DNA of 64,000 nucleotides, taken from Octopus vulgaris (Eukaryota). Position numbers and translations under genes: made by a program. Shown here in pieces: positions 1-14,078 of the stretch; the stretch's first letter is position 1; every line of letters begins with the position of its first letter. The DNA is taken from positions 18,724,001 through 18,788,000 of the forward strand of contig OX597835.1 in assembly GCA_951406725.2 (NCBI GenBank), given 5' to 3'. The notes under the pieces are model-generated. The model was not told the DNA's origin. It did no database searches and was given only the letters and a program-made list of their open reading frames with translations.

Positions 1-704
1 CAAGGAAATAACACTATCTCTGCCCAGGACTTGAACAACAGAAGACCAAAAAATATATGTTAAGTAACTTGAGTTGTAAATTGCCTTTTTATTAAATTTT
101 TTTTCCGCTTCCAGAGAAGTTTAACCAATCATGTGTTGAAATTGTCATCAACACCTTAGAAACAAGGGACATATCTTTAAGCAAAAAATAAACAAAAATA
201 AAATAATAATTCTCAAAATTTAAGAAGCCATGAAAGCAGACAGAAGAAAATAATACCAAGAAAGAAATGCTCTGAGATGATCTGAAGACAAGGGGATTAC
301 TCTAGAAGACAATGCAGAATATTCTGTATTGACATCAACGAAAGACATCGTGTGATTCGTAATTTAAATAGCGAATGATAAATAGTAGAGCAGATATTGA
401 TGCGGTCTCCGGATATGATTGCGTATCTTCTATAACATATTCTGACAGATTATATACCTTGGGGAAGGACACCATATTTGCATTTGTATGAACTGATAAG
501 GTCTATGTTATATCAATGTGTTATGAAGTAATCACTTGATAATTAGTCAGAATATCGCGATAGATATTTGCATTTGTAATCATAAAGTTGACTAGATCGT
601 CTTCGAATCCCCATTTCAAATAAGTTTTAAGGGAATATCTTTAGAATTTTAATATGAATAAGAACGTCAGTAAATCTTGAATTTTCAATGTGAACAGTAA
701 TATT

Positions 705-915
705 AGTTTGAAATTTTGGTACAACGCCAGCATTTGAATGGGTGAGGTTTAGTCGAGTCGATTACATCGTCCCCAGTATTCAACTGGTACTTGGTTTATA
801 GGCCTCGAAAGTATCAAAGTCAAAGTCGGCCTCAAGAGAATTTGCTCTCAGAATGTGCAGACAGACGAAATGACGCTAAGCATTCTGGTCAACCTGCTAA
901 AGATACTCCCAGGTC
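705..915 (-). mobile_element. Degenerate tRNA-derived SINE, family M (Meta-domain-like core)
   Basis: Diverged reverse-complement match to the family-M consensus (gtcgattacatcg.ccccagt..caactggtactt...aaagtcaaagtcg.cctc), compared with the intact copy at 51517-51749. Confidence 0.7.
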
Positions 916-959
916 CCGCTTTATGTATACAATAAAATTAGCATTTCTTTTAAAACGAA

Positions 960-1162
960 AAGCTAGCAGATTCTTTACGGTATCGGAGAGAATGCCTACC
1001 AACGTCTTCCGATTTTACTTTCTGATTTCAAATGCTGTCTGGGTCGACTTTTTATTTTATTATTTTGGGACCGATAAAGTAAGTACAAATTGTGTAATGG
1101 CATTTATGTAATAGATTTTCCTTACCCACGAAATTACTGGCCTTACGCCAAATATTGAAATT
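960..1162 (+). mobile_element. Degenerate family-M SINE, head-to-head with the 705-915 copy
   Basis: gagctagcaga...ttctgatttcaaatgc...gggtcgactt...gataaagtaagtac resembles the family-M consensus. Confidence 0.55.
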
Positions 1163-2052
1163 AATATTTCATTTATTTTCTTGGAACCATATTTTGGCTT
1201 CATGCACTAACCCTCTTTAATGTTTGATATACACAGTATTGAAATGCTTCTTTATTGAACCTAGTTTTAAATTTTGAACATTTAAAGATAAGTTCGAAAC
1301 CCATCCTCACATTGCACCACAGTAAAATTTCTCTTACTGAATTTTAGGTGTGTAATAATTCTGATAGAAATAATGCTTGCCAATAATTTCTATGCCGTAC
1401 TTGTCTTTACCTGTTAAAGCACACAATTTTCGCTAGGTATTTGCTTATTTGCCGCATACAATAAATTTCCTGACATATTTATATTTTATGTAGCATCAAA
1501 CAATTTTCACTTCACACAAAAAATCCCTACCATTTATGTTTTAGACTTTATACACCCAAAAGACCTCCATAAAAAAATTTCAAATAAAAAATATAGAAAC
1601 ATAATAAATAAATTAAATGAAAGTTATGCTCTCGTAGAAAACTTTGCCTAGGCCTTTAAAGTTGGACGCATGTTTTTTTTTTTTTTTTTTTTTTTTGAAG
1701 TTGATTAATGCATTAGGGGATTAATATTAATCAAAACCGATCCCTTTTCTATATCACGATCTGCTGATATAGTGTATTGGTGGCTTTTTAACGAGATTAT
1801 ATTCCCCTTGCAAGAAAACCATAAAAAGACATGATTTTACTTAGATTCTGAATTGGATATTCATCTCACGGGGATCCCTATTTTGTTTTCCCCAACAATA
1901 AAAAATAAATGAAAATAATAAAGTTATATATTTCTTGCCTTGGCACGGCTAAGTAATGAAGATTATGTATTTTGAATTAATCCCAGTAGACGGGACGAAG
2001 ATGAAAATCATATTATATACTACATACTCTATACTTTTATTTGGAGTTTATG

Positions 2053-2190
<138 letters not shown>

Positions 2191-2981
2191 TCGATATATC
2201 TCCTTCATCTTTCTATACCTACGTACTTACATACACACAAAACACACACACATATAAAGGTATAAATGAAGGCATGCATAGATATATGCATGTATGTGTA
2301 TCTACGTGTGATAGTTTGATTTGTTTTCTTTTGAGAAAAAATGCAATATTTATTAAGTTTGCCTTCAAATGTCACACGACGCCCCCCCCCCCACACACAC
2401 GCGAAAACACACACACAAACACACACAAACGCACACATATATACACACACACATACAAATGTATATGCATAAACATATGTTATATTTTGTATATTCATTG
2501 ATGCATATATATGTGCGTGCGTGTGTGTGTGTGTCCTTCTTTGTATGTATGTGTGTGTGTGTGTGTGTCCTTCTTTGTATGTGTTTCTGTGTCTTTATAT
2601 TTCCATATTAGCATAAATATACTCTGCATTGTAGAAGGACACGTCAGTGAACACTAACAATCGTTTGTGTACATAGCCTAGACTAGAAAATTCCAGCATC
2701 ATTTTATTTTTTTATCTATTCTGCACATCAAGATTTCATTACTACATAAACTTTCAGAGAGGGCAAGTACCCTCTCTGTACAACCTACAAAACGAAAGTT
2801 TCTAAGTGGAGCAATAATGTGCAGATCTAACCCAACCTGTCCTAGTCACAATGAAACATGTATAAGTGCCATTGTGTGATGTGATACAGGCAATAAATGG
2901 ACGGTGCAGCTCAGTTTAGATCCACACAAGCTAAAAGAAGCGGCACCGATATCACGTAAGTAGAAGTGTATATGCAATGAG

Positions 2982-3306
2982 GTGAGGGCGCGTGGCTTAG
3001 TGGTTAGGGCATTCGGCTCATGATCGTAAGGTTGTGAGTTCGATTCCCGGCGACGCGTTGTGTCCTTGAGCAAGACACTTTATTTCACGTTGCTCCAGTC
3101 CACTCAGCTGGCAAAAATGAGTTGTACTTGTATTTCAAAGGGTCAGCCTTGTCACTCTCTGTGTCACGCTGATTATCCCCGAGAACTACGTTAAGGGTAC
3201 ACGTGTCTGTGGAATGCTCAGCCATTTGCACGTTAATTTCACGAGCAAGCTGTTCCGTTGATCGTATCAGCTGGGACCCTCGTCGTCGTAACCGGCGGAG
3301 TCTTTA
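2982..3306 (+). mobile_element. Full-length tRNA-derived SINE (head A, V-domain-like body, tail Y)
   Basis: A box tggcttagtgg, B box agttcgattcc, tgtgtccttgagcaagacacttta...ccactcagctg segment, and a 12-bp TSD atatgcaatgag at 2970-2981 and 3307-3318. Confidence 0.92.
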
Positions 3307-3385
3307 ATATGCAATGAGAAATTCCTCTTGCAGACATTTGACTTTTAATTACATCTGTCTTTCACTGATGCATATCACAGTAACA

Positions 3386-3780
3386 GTGGAGGCGCAATGG
3401 CCCAGTGGTTAGGGCAGCGGACTCGCGGTCATAGGATCGCGGTTTCGATTCCCAGACCGGGTGTTGTGAGTGTTTATTGAACGAAAACACCTAAAAGCTC
3501 CACGAGGCTCCGGCAGGGGATGGTGGTGATCCCTGCTGTACTCTTTCACCACAACTTTCTCTCACTCTTACTTCCTGTTTCTGTTGTACCTGTATTTCAA
3601 GGGGCCGGCCTTGTCACTCTCTGTTTCACGCTGAATATCCCCGAGAACTACGTTAAGGGTACACGTGTCTGTGGAGTGCTCAGCCACTTACACGTTAATT
3701 TCACGAGCAGGCTGTTGCGTTGATTCGGATCAACCGGAACCCTCGTCGTCGTAACCGACGGAGTGCTTCCATTCCATTCC
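3386..3780 (+). mobile_element. Full-length tRNA-derived SINE (head B, body B, tail Y)
   Basis: A box tggcccagtgg, B box gtttcgattcc, (ttcca)n tail, and a 12-bp TSD atcacagtaaca at 3374-3385 and 3781-3792. The 3' ~175 bp is shared with the 2982-3306 SINE. Confidence 0.92.
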
Positions 3781-5095
3781 ATCACAGTAACAAAACCAAG
3801 ATATGTAACTTCAATATATTGCATCAAATTACTTGCAGCCACGGTTCAGTGTCTTTAGCGTTTAATATTGTTTTGTTTTGTTTTTTTACCTATTTTGATA
3901 GTGTAGAATATAGGACCCAAAGTCCTTATATTTTTTGATTAAGCGCTTCAAGGCCGTGCGATAGCATGGCCGCATTCCAATGACTGAAAATGTTAACAAG
4001 TACAATATACTTTTTCCCGACCTCTCCGTTCTTGATGTATTTCTTGCCCCGGTAACTCCATTATCAATGAAGGTGACCGGAATACAACACACTAAGTTGG
4101 CCGCAAACTATGCAGATGAAGACTATCGCTCTGGAAAACCTAAATAGTGAAGGCAGAGTGTGAAAATAACAGTTGATGCCTGGAAATGTGTTACAGCAAA
4201 CTGTTGACTTAGCAGAACCACCACTTTCTTTTGCTTTACATATTTCTGAATGATGCTCTATTGACTTGTGTATAAGTCTCACCATGGTACAGGACATTTT
4301 CTCCCCGTAGTTTTAGCTTTACACTTGCATAATTTGCATCCCGCCTTTTCCATTTACAATCAGATATAAAACACTGCAGCTTAAACACAAGTAATAACGT
4401 TCTTCAGATTCCATACATGTCGTTTCTCTCTCCTTTTCTCTCTCCCTCTGATGGAGTGAATTATTGTTTCCCTGCCACATGTAGCGGTTCTTTGTTCAAA
4501 ATTCGGGCTATAAAATCTCATGAAGAATAAACAGCCTCGAATTCATTACAATATTCATTATCAAAGGTTACTTTCGGGTAAAGACAATTATTGTACATAA
4601 TCCGTTTTGTTTAAATAGTTGGAAAAAAAATGCGCAAAATTTGTGTTCTCTCTTGTTTGCATAATTCGAGGTGTCTTAAATCACAAATCAAAATATAATC
4701 ACAGCGTGTTGGCAGTATTTTGTCGAGTTTGTTTAGGGAACGTTTGTGCTTGCAGGGATTAGTGTGATATCTGCGATAGCTAAAATTTAGGAATCGGTAT
4801 AATTAATAGGTTTATAATTATTCATTTACGTATGTTGATCAAATCCACGTCCATATGCAAACAAATCGTCGAACGGAAATGAAATACAAACATCAATGCG
4901 TAGCGAACGTGTGTGTATGCCCTGCGCACACATGCAGACAAGGACAAACACCCGTACCTAGCAACGAATACACACATAGATACACGTATGTCCATACACG
5001 GGAAAAACACTCTAACGGACAAGGTATAGTGAAATGCACAGAAGCAATTTTACACAGATTGTGCCCTTCACATAAACACACACACACACACACAT

Positions 5096-5143
<48 letters not shown>

Positions 5144-5604
5144 GCACTCACACATACATACATCAACCATAACACAAATACGCAGATACATGCGCACGCA
5201 CGCATATATAGGCGCGAAAATACCAACGCACAACACATCCGAAATGCGTAGAAAAAATATGCATACGTTGGAAACTCCACACATATACTCACACACACGC
5301 CAACGAAACTCACGCACACACACGCACTCAGACATACACACTCGATTCCATAAAACCAGTCTTATACACGCATGCGTATATACACACTGCAACGATAATT
5401 ATGCAAGATACTTGCAGGTTTGTTTGATTTATGAAAAAAAAACAAACAAATCTATCCAAGCGCTAACAGCACTGCCACCTTCACTATCATGTATACTCTA
5501 GGCGTCAATCCCACCCTGCCCACCCGTCAGTAACTAATGCTAACAACATCCCAACCTTCAATATAGCAACATTCCCTATAGTTATCAGCACCACTATCAT
5601 GGCT

Positions 5605-5637
<33 letters not shown>

Positions 5638-5835
5638 GTCATCATCATTATGCCCATCATCGTCGTCTCTGATGTTGCTGTTGTTGTTGTTGCTGGCGTC
5701 GTCATCACAACGCTTGCTTCGTGTCGTTCACATTTTCGCCGACAACACTGTCAACAAAATAACCGCCGCCATATTTAATACATTATCAGTCAAACTGTAA
5801 AGAACACCAGAATGTCCAAATTCAATGCTCGAATT

Positions 5836-6265
5836 ACTACTACTACTACTACTACTACTGCTGCTACCACCACAACCACCACCACCACCACCACCACCAC
5901 CTACCACCACCACCACCACCACCACCACCACCACCACCACCACCACCACCACCACCACCACCACCACCACCACCACCACCACCACCACCACCACCACCAC
6001 CACCACCACCACCACCACCACCACCACCACCACCACCACCACCACCACCACCACCACCACCACCAACACCATCACCACCACCACCACAACCACAAGCACC
6101 AGCACCAGCACCAGCACCAGCACCAGCACCAGCACCAGCACCAGCACCAGCACCACCACCACCACCACCACCACCCTACCCACCACTACCCAGCAATACT
6201 ATCACCGCTACCACAACAACAACAACAACAACTACTACTACTACTAGTAGTAGCATTACTAGTAT

Positions 6266-6304
<39 letters not shown>

Positions 6305-6305
6305 C
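5836..6305. repeat. Compound trinucleotide microsatellite (ACT)n-(ACC)n-(AGCACC)n-(AAC)n-(ACT)n
   Basis: Seen directly; source of the poly-H, poly-T and poly-V ORFs. Confidence 0.97.
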
Positions 6306-6960
6306 ACTGCAGCGCTGTGGCTGCTACTGCTACAATTACAGTCACTACAATCTGGCCAAATGCCATCATGCTACTATCTTCACAACACCACCACCAACAC
6401 ATGTACCACCACCGCGACTATCTATTATGAAGATAAGCATCAACTCCGGTACCACCAAAAGAAATCCATCTGTATGAATACAAGAAAATTCACGGTTATC
6501 TCTCTATATTTTCTGTAGAAATAAGAACCATCACTGCAAGTTAGGATGTTTCTTAAACAATTACATATATGAAAACAATGTGATCGAAAATAGTGAAAAT
6601 AGGAAATAAGTGTACATGCATATTTCAAGTATTATTGCCCTTTCGTCAGTACCACATCTAAACCATGAACTATCTTACAACTCACTGCTTAAATATTCAC
6701 TATGTTTTAACGTTGAAAATCTATGGGATATACCAATTTACGTATTAACACATTATTTATAATTGGTATGTATATATTTCTGGTCTCTCCAATTATGTTA
6801 CGTTGCTAAAAGTTTCAGGGTGTTTATGCATTGTGTTCGAGGAAAGGTGGTGGGTTACTGATGCATTGTAAAAGTGTTCACGTGAAGGTTTTTATTCATA
6901 CTATATATATATTTTTTTCTTGTTTCAGCTCAGAGCTTCGGTCATGCTATATATATATAA

Positions 6961-7019
<59 letters not shown>

Positions 7020-7871
7020 CGTAATGTTCTTGGCGCACTGAACTAGCAAGGGAATTGACATCAGTCTATAGGAGGGACTTGCAACAAAATATCCAGAATG
7101 GCATAACCAAACATAATATGAACGACAAAGTTAGTTTATATTTACCATGTCAACGCAAATTTTAACATTCACACTGTAATAAACTGTAAAACTTGCTATA
7201 ACCAACCGTACACTCATCAACAATACTGAGCTATCATTTCGTTGACAACAACGGAGCTCACTACCAGTAAGTTTTAAATATCTGCTCACACAGTGCAGCA
7301 GCTTTTATTTATATTGGAGAAGAAAGCTGAGGTGTTTCTTGTCTATAGCCACTTTTAAAGAAATAGCGGTTAAAAGAAAAACATAAAGTTCAGTGAGACT
7401 TTAAAATTCAATGGAATTTCTAACCATAACAAAGGAGAGAATTCCTGCCAACAATGCATTGTCTAAACCACATGAGCGGCTACAAATCGCACATTATCGT
7501 TTCTACAAGATAATTACTATTGGAGAATGGAAAAGAGCAACGGATAACATATGATGATGAAAACTATGGTCGCTTCATTTCACAGACTTATCTTACATAT
7601 GTTTAGACATGTTTTAACATTATACCACACTTTGTATTTCTGAAACAAATTCTTAACACATATATTTACTATTATCACTAGAACACATAGTGCATCGCCT
7701 TTTGTTCATATAGTTATCTGCACACACAGACACATTCACTCATACTCACACCTATATATGTGAATATATACATATATGTGTGTGAGTATGTACATATATA
7801 TATATATAAATATATATATGTCTTTATATATATATATATATACATTCTCAGCAATATATATGTACACACAC

Positions 7872-7937
<66 letters not shown>

Positions 7938-7972
7938 CATTCTCAGCAATACATATGTACACACACACAATA

Positions 7973-8022
<50 letters not shown>

Positions 8023-8385
8023 CGTATATATATATATATATGTATATATATTTATATACACATATATATATAGGCATATATGCGCATAATTTATTTTTGT
8101 TTCTTGTAACGGAATGTCGTATATGTGTGCATTAAAGCCATTTGATTTTAGAAATTTCAATAAAAACTTAACAGACAAGATAATAAATCGGATAAAATGT
8201 ACCCTGTTAAGTATAAAACTAAATATATATTTACGAAACAAAGAACATCAGAGGAAAAACATACAAAAGGATTGTTACTGAGCAATTAAGTGAAGAACAA
8301 CAAAGTACGGCGGGGCTAAATCATGTAGATATAGAGAAACAGGAATACATACGTGTGGGTATACATAGATATGTATGTATGTATT

Positions 8386-8423
<38 letters not shown>

Positions 8424-8425
8424 TC

Positions 8426-8542
<117 letters not shown>

Positions 8543-8634
8543 GTAGGCATACATATATGCATCTATATTTTATCTACAATGTATCTATAATCTCTCTTCC
8601 TCTTTCTCTCAGTCTCTCTCTTTCTCTCTCTCTC

Positions 8635-8677
<43 letters not shown>

Positions 8678-8922
8678 GTACGTGCGTATCTGTGTGCAAT
8701 CGCGCATGCGTTTGGTGGGGAAAAGGGAACTAAAAACCTTACTATATACTGTTTCATTATTTTCTTATTAATAATTGGCAAAATTTAGAGAGTAGCTGAA
8801 GTGCAGGTACCTCGTACGTTTATATCTATATATATGTATAAGTGTGTGTTTGTGTGTGCGTGTATGTGCGTGTGTATTTGTGTGTGCGTATGTATGTACG
8901 TATGTGTGAAGCTATCAACCTG

Positions 8923-8974
<52 letters not shown>

Positions 8975-9319
8975 CCTGTTGTGCCGACTGTTCACCGACA
9001 ATTGTATTGGGAGCTGAGTACGTTTACTCGTTGAGAAATTAATTCCTAAAAAAATTGTTGATGTCCCTCCCGGCTGGTATGTTGATCGGGGAAGAACAAG
9101 AACCGAATAAATATGTGACGATCTACACAGTCATATGTTTATATAGAAACATATACATATAAACGCATGCTCTTGGGAATAATTATCTCCACTTGACCAC
9201 AGTAAATTTGGAAAGGCAAATGTTGCGAATAAATGTATATTCAGAATCATGCATGGACGGTTTTCAGTTTTATATAAACACATATGCACACACATATATA
9301 TACACGCACACACAGACAC

Positions 9320-9362
<43 letters not shown>

Positions 9363-9592
9363 ACCATACATATATATCTATGCATTTGTGTACGTAAGAT
9401 ATGTAGGGTAGCGAATATTCTTAGAAATTTCACTCCCAGTGGCCTAGCATGTATAAAAACTCAATAGACAACATATTCGCAATATAAAATAGTGTACACT
9501 TAAACACAAGAGGAAACTACCTTTAATAGTTAACTTTTACACGCTAGAAGAAGCAGTCAATACGACAAAAACCACATTTCAAAGCAATTTTC

Positions 9593-9732
9593 GAAGTAGC
9601 TTGCTTACCAACCATATGGTTCCGGGTTCATTCCACTGCGTGGCACCTTGGGCAAGTGTCTTCTGTTATAGCCTCGGGCCGACCAAAGCCTTGTGAGTGG
9701 ATTTGGTAGACGGAAACTGAAAGAAACCCGTC

Positions 9733-9816
<84 letters not shown>

Positions 9817-10036
9817 GCAGATGTGTGTGCATATGCTTGCGTGTCTGTGTTTGTCCCCCAACATCGCTTGACAACAGATGGTGGTGTGTTTACGTCCCTG
9901 TATCTTAGCGGTTCAGCCAAGGACACCGATAGAATAAGTACTAGCCGTCCAAAGAATAAGTCCTGAGGTCGATTTGGTCGACTAAAGGCAGCGATCCAGC
10001 ATGGCTGCAGTCAAATGCCTGAAACAAGTAAAAGAG
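9593..10036 (+). mobile_element. Family-C SINE (CORE-like ttgggcaagt body with internal microsatellite), 5'-truncated
   Basis: ggttccgggttca.tccactgcgtggcaccttgggcaagtgtc...gaaactgaaagaa-(TA)n(GA)n-...gaaacaagtaaaag, matching copies at 17845, 38522 and 57396. Confidence 0.9.
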
Positions 10037-10109
10037 CCTACATAAATATATATCTGCAGGAGATATATATATATATATGAAAAATTTGTTTTGAATTTGG
10101 GCGAAAATG

Positions 10110-10242
10110 AATCATCATCGTCATCATCATCATCATCATCATCACTACCATTATCATCATCATCATCATCATCACTACCATTATCATCATCATCATCATC
10201 ATCATCATCGTCATCACTACCATTACCATCATCACTACCATT

Positions 10243-10280
<38 letters not shown>

Positions 10281-10294
10281 TATTTCCATCATCA
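10110..10294. repeat. (ATC)n microsatellite with recurring actaccatt interruptions
   Basis: Seen directly. Confidence 0.95.
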
Positions 10295-10854
10295 TATAGT
10301 CGTCGTCGTAGTTGTCTGTGTATCTGCAGTCTTCGACTTTACCCCGATCACATGATTACCCGCCATGATAATGAATATTTTTTTTTGGTACATACATGAA
10401 CGAATGAGACCATCACCAACATTTTTGCTATCCTTACTGAGGTTAACTTAAGACACCATTAGAGGTCAGATCTATATAGACAAAACAAAAAAAAAAACAG
10501 GAAAAAAAAAATAATAAAATTATTTTAGCAGGCAAAAGGGAAGTCAAAATAAATTCCACATTGGCAAGAATCTTCCGACCGAGAAAGCTGTTAAAATTTC
10601 TTTGCCAAACATTATGCTCCAATGTGACCTTCCATAGCAACTGGTACCATAGCAACTCATACAGAAGGAATCCATTGATCTGCATGGGAAAATAAAATTT
10701 CGGAAATTTATATATATGTATGTATGTATATATATATGTATGTATGTATGTATATATATATATGTATGTATACATATGTATATATATATAAAGATATATA
10801 TATATATATATATATATATCTTTATACATATATGTATATATATATATATATCTT

Positions 10855-10906
<52 letters not shown>

Positions 10907-11040
10907 CGTATATATATACACTCATATATATATATATATATGTTTATGTCTTTGTGTGTGCGCGCGTGTGTGTATGTATATATGTATATACATCTATATA
11001 TATTTATATACATATAGGTAAGCATATATGCATACTTACA

Positions 11041-11127
<87 letters not shown>

Positions 11128-11480
11128 ATTTTAATTGTACCTGTTTATATGCATGTAACTACGTAACTTTATCGCCATGCTTTGGTAATATGAATACACA
11201 AATGCATAGATTTATATGTATGGGTGTGTATGTGAGTGTGTGTGCGTGTATATATATGTACGTATATATGTGTATATATAAAACTGAAAACCGTCCACAA
11301 ATGATTCTGAATATATATTTATATAGCTGTGTATGTATGTGTGTGTTTGCGAATTGGTGTGCGTGCGATTTTGTATGTGCATTTACGCACACACACACGT
11401 ATGTCTAGGCAAATTGCGCATGTTTAAATGTTTGAAGTATTTCTTTTTATATATACAATGTATATATACATGTATATATA

Positions 11481-11532
<52 letters not shown>

Positions 11533-11584
11533 TGAATATATATATACATGCATATATACATTGTGTATATATATATATATATAT

Positions 11585-11585
<1 letters not shown>

Positions 11586-11623
<38 letters not shown>

Positions 11624-11683
11624 CATAGATAGATAGATAATATATATATATAGAGAGAGAGATAGATAGATAGATATATAGAA

Positions 11684-11734
<51 letters not shown>

Positions 11735-11751
11735 GAGATAGAGAGATAGAG

Positions 11752-11798
<47 letters not shown>

Positions 11799-11843
11799 GA
11801 GATAGAGAGATAGAGAGATAGAGAGATAGATAGAGAGATAGAT
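11586..11843. repeat. (GATA)n/(GA)n microsatellite
   Basis: Seen directly. Confidence 0.95.
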
Positions 11844-12035
11844 AGGGGCTACCGAAAACTTTCTGGTTTGGGGTCAAAGACAATACAGGAGGACCATAAA
11901 CAATGATTTTATTCAGCATATTCCCTTCTCAGATTCACACACTTAACTTCGCAATCCTTCAGATGTTCTAACGTCTGTAAAAGAATTCGGATATTTGGGC
12001 CTCCAATCAGGTCTTTCGTGACATCCTTAAAGCCA
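11843..12035 (-). mobile_element. Mariner (Tc1/mariner) terminal fragment: transposase C-terminus plus TIR-like end
   Basis: The minus strand reads KCVNLRREYAE* (stop 11909-11911), resembling the mariner transposase ending KCxxxxGxYVE*. The segment ggggctaccgaaaactttctgg is TIR-like and lies next to a TA. Confidence 0.65.
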
Positions 12036-12089
12036 GTTATTTGTATACATACACAAGTACATACATACAGTTCATCTTTTATCTCTTAC

Positions 12090-12440
12090 CTTTTTCAATC
12101 ATTAAACTGCGGCCATGGCCAGGCACCACAATAAATTTTTAGTTGAACGACTCCACCCTGGTACTTTACCATGGTACTTATTCCATCGGCCTCATTTACG
12201 TCACAGGGGCGTAATCCTACCAGCACCGGCTGACAAGTAGTGATGCAGGGAAAAACACAGACACACATAGAGATGTATACCACTATAGACGACGGGATTC
12301 TTCCAGGTTTCGTCTAACAAATCCTCTGAAAATCGGTCGGTCCGGGGTTATTAGTAGAAGACACTTGCCCTAGATAGCACGCAGTGGACGGAATCCGGAG
12401 TCACGTGATTGGGAAGAAGGCTCCTTACCGCACAGCCATA
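12090..12440 (-). mobile_element. Degenerate family-C SINE
   Basis: Reverse complement carries agaagacacttgccc..g...cacgcagtgg and the tail motif ctgcggccatg. Confidence 0.7.
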
Positions 12441-12889
12441 TACATGCATGTATATGCATGTATATGTGTGTGTGTGTGTGTGTGTGTATTATATGTTCGG
12501 TTGTTTCCAGCCTCACTTGAATTGAAAAATGCACAAATAGGACGCACAGATAGAAAGAAAATGAAAAATTTAGAGTTGGAGAATGAGTGAATCTTGTCGG
12601 TTTGAAGCCATGTGAAAGAGGTGGAGGAAGGAGCGATTGAGCAGAAAAGAAAAATAACAGTAATTACGGGATAAATATATAAGAAATTTTAAATTTAATT
12701 TTAAGGTAATTAGTACTTCTCATTTGAAAATTACTATTTACGTCATTGTCTTTATAAAAGTTATATAGTAATTAGTTTGTGTATGTCACATTTCCTAATA
12801 TTACCTGAGGTAAATATAATTTTCAAAAGTTGTGAGTCATATAACACTCTTGTTTATACTTATTTGCATATGGAGATATGTATGTATGT

Positions 12890-12931
<42 letters not shown>

Positions 12932-13250
12932 GTCAATGTATGTATGCACATATATATATATGTATGTGCGTGTGCAAGTATGTATGTTTTCATATATGCA
13001 TCTATTTATGTATATACGTAGGTACATATCTAATTCTTTCCAACTCTCTCTCCCTCCCTCCCTCTCTCTGTCTCTCTCTCTCTCTCTATATATATATATA
13101 CATATACACATATAAAAATTATATAAATATTTGTATATATTCATATTATATATATGTAAAGTATATTATAAGATATACTTTTATATTGATAGTGATATAT
13201 GCATATTTTTTATATTACATATATCATATGTATAAATGCATAATATATAC

Positions 13251-13285
<35 letters not shown>

Positions 13286-13290
13286 ATAAC

Positions 13291-13326
<36 letters not shown>

Positions 13327-13553
13327 GTACATTCAAATTATAAACTTACAATATGACATATATAATATATATTTGAATGCGCGTATATATTAGGATAGAT
13401 GGATTTACCTGTCATACATAAGGATTTACCTGTGATTTGTATTCTACTGGTATCTAGTTGTTGCAAATTTAACCTTATTCGTTTGTACTGAATGCTTGAT
13501 ATCTGCCAGTTTTTAATGCTATACATAGATTCATATATATATATATACATGCA

Positions 13554-13630
<77 letters not shown>

Positions 13631-13720
13631 TTATTGAAATGGAGAATCACAACAGAAAAATCACGGTTGAGGTTACGACCATGGGGTCTCAAACCCGTGC
13701 CTTAGTGCGGAAATTTGAAG

Positions 13721-13781
<61 letters not shown>

Positions 13782-13896
13782 CATTTATATATAAACATAT
13801 ATATATATTTATAAATAATAAAATATTAGGGAATAAATCCAAACTTACAGGGAAAAATCAGATTTAGGATTTAATCCAATTTTATAGTAAAATATT

Positions 13897-14008
13897 ATAT
13901 TATATTAAATTAGAGATAAATCCACTATTAGGCAAATCGTACAAATCATATTGGCTTAAGTTTTTCATTGTATGATTTCACTAATAGTTTTATCTCTAAT
14001 TTAATATA

Positions 14009-14012
<4 letters not shown>
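13897..14012. repeat. AT-rich inverted repeat (24-bp perfect outer arms plus imperfect inner stems)
   Basis: atattatattaaattagagataaa (13897-13920) pairs with 13989-14012; inner stems are ctattag/ctaatag and aaatcgtacaa/ttgtatgattt. Confidence 0.85.

Positions 14013-14075
<63 letters not shown>

Positions 14076-14078
<3 letters not shown>

Noticed and set aside
1-191. Possible exon end plus acceptor (ttccgcttccag at ~114) at the window start
   Set aside because: The available donor and phase combinations give immediate stops, and the upstream context is outside the window.
2982-3060. tRNA-like sequences at 2982, 3386 and 35270-35345
   Set aside because: They have A and B boxes but continue into SINE bodies (two with TSDs) and lack a proper acceptor stem, so they are SINE heads rather than tRNA genes.
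4064-4380. Cys-containing short ORFs (MEKAGCKLCKCK.., MSCTMVRL..)
   Set aside because: Short, with no recognisable domain or splice support.
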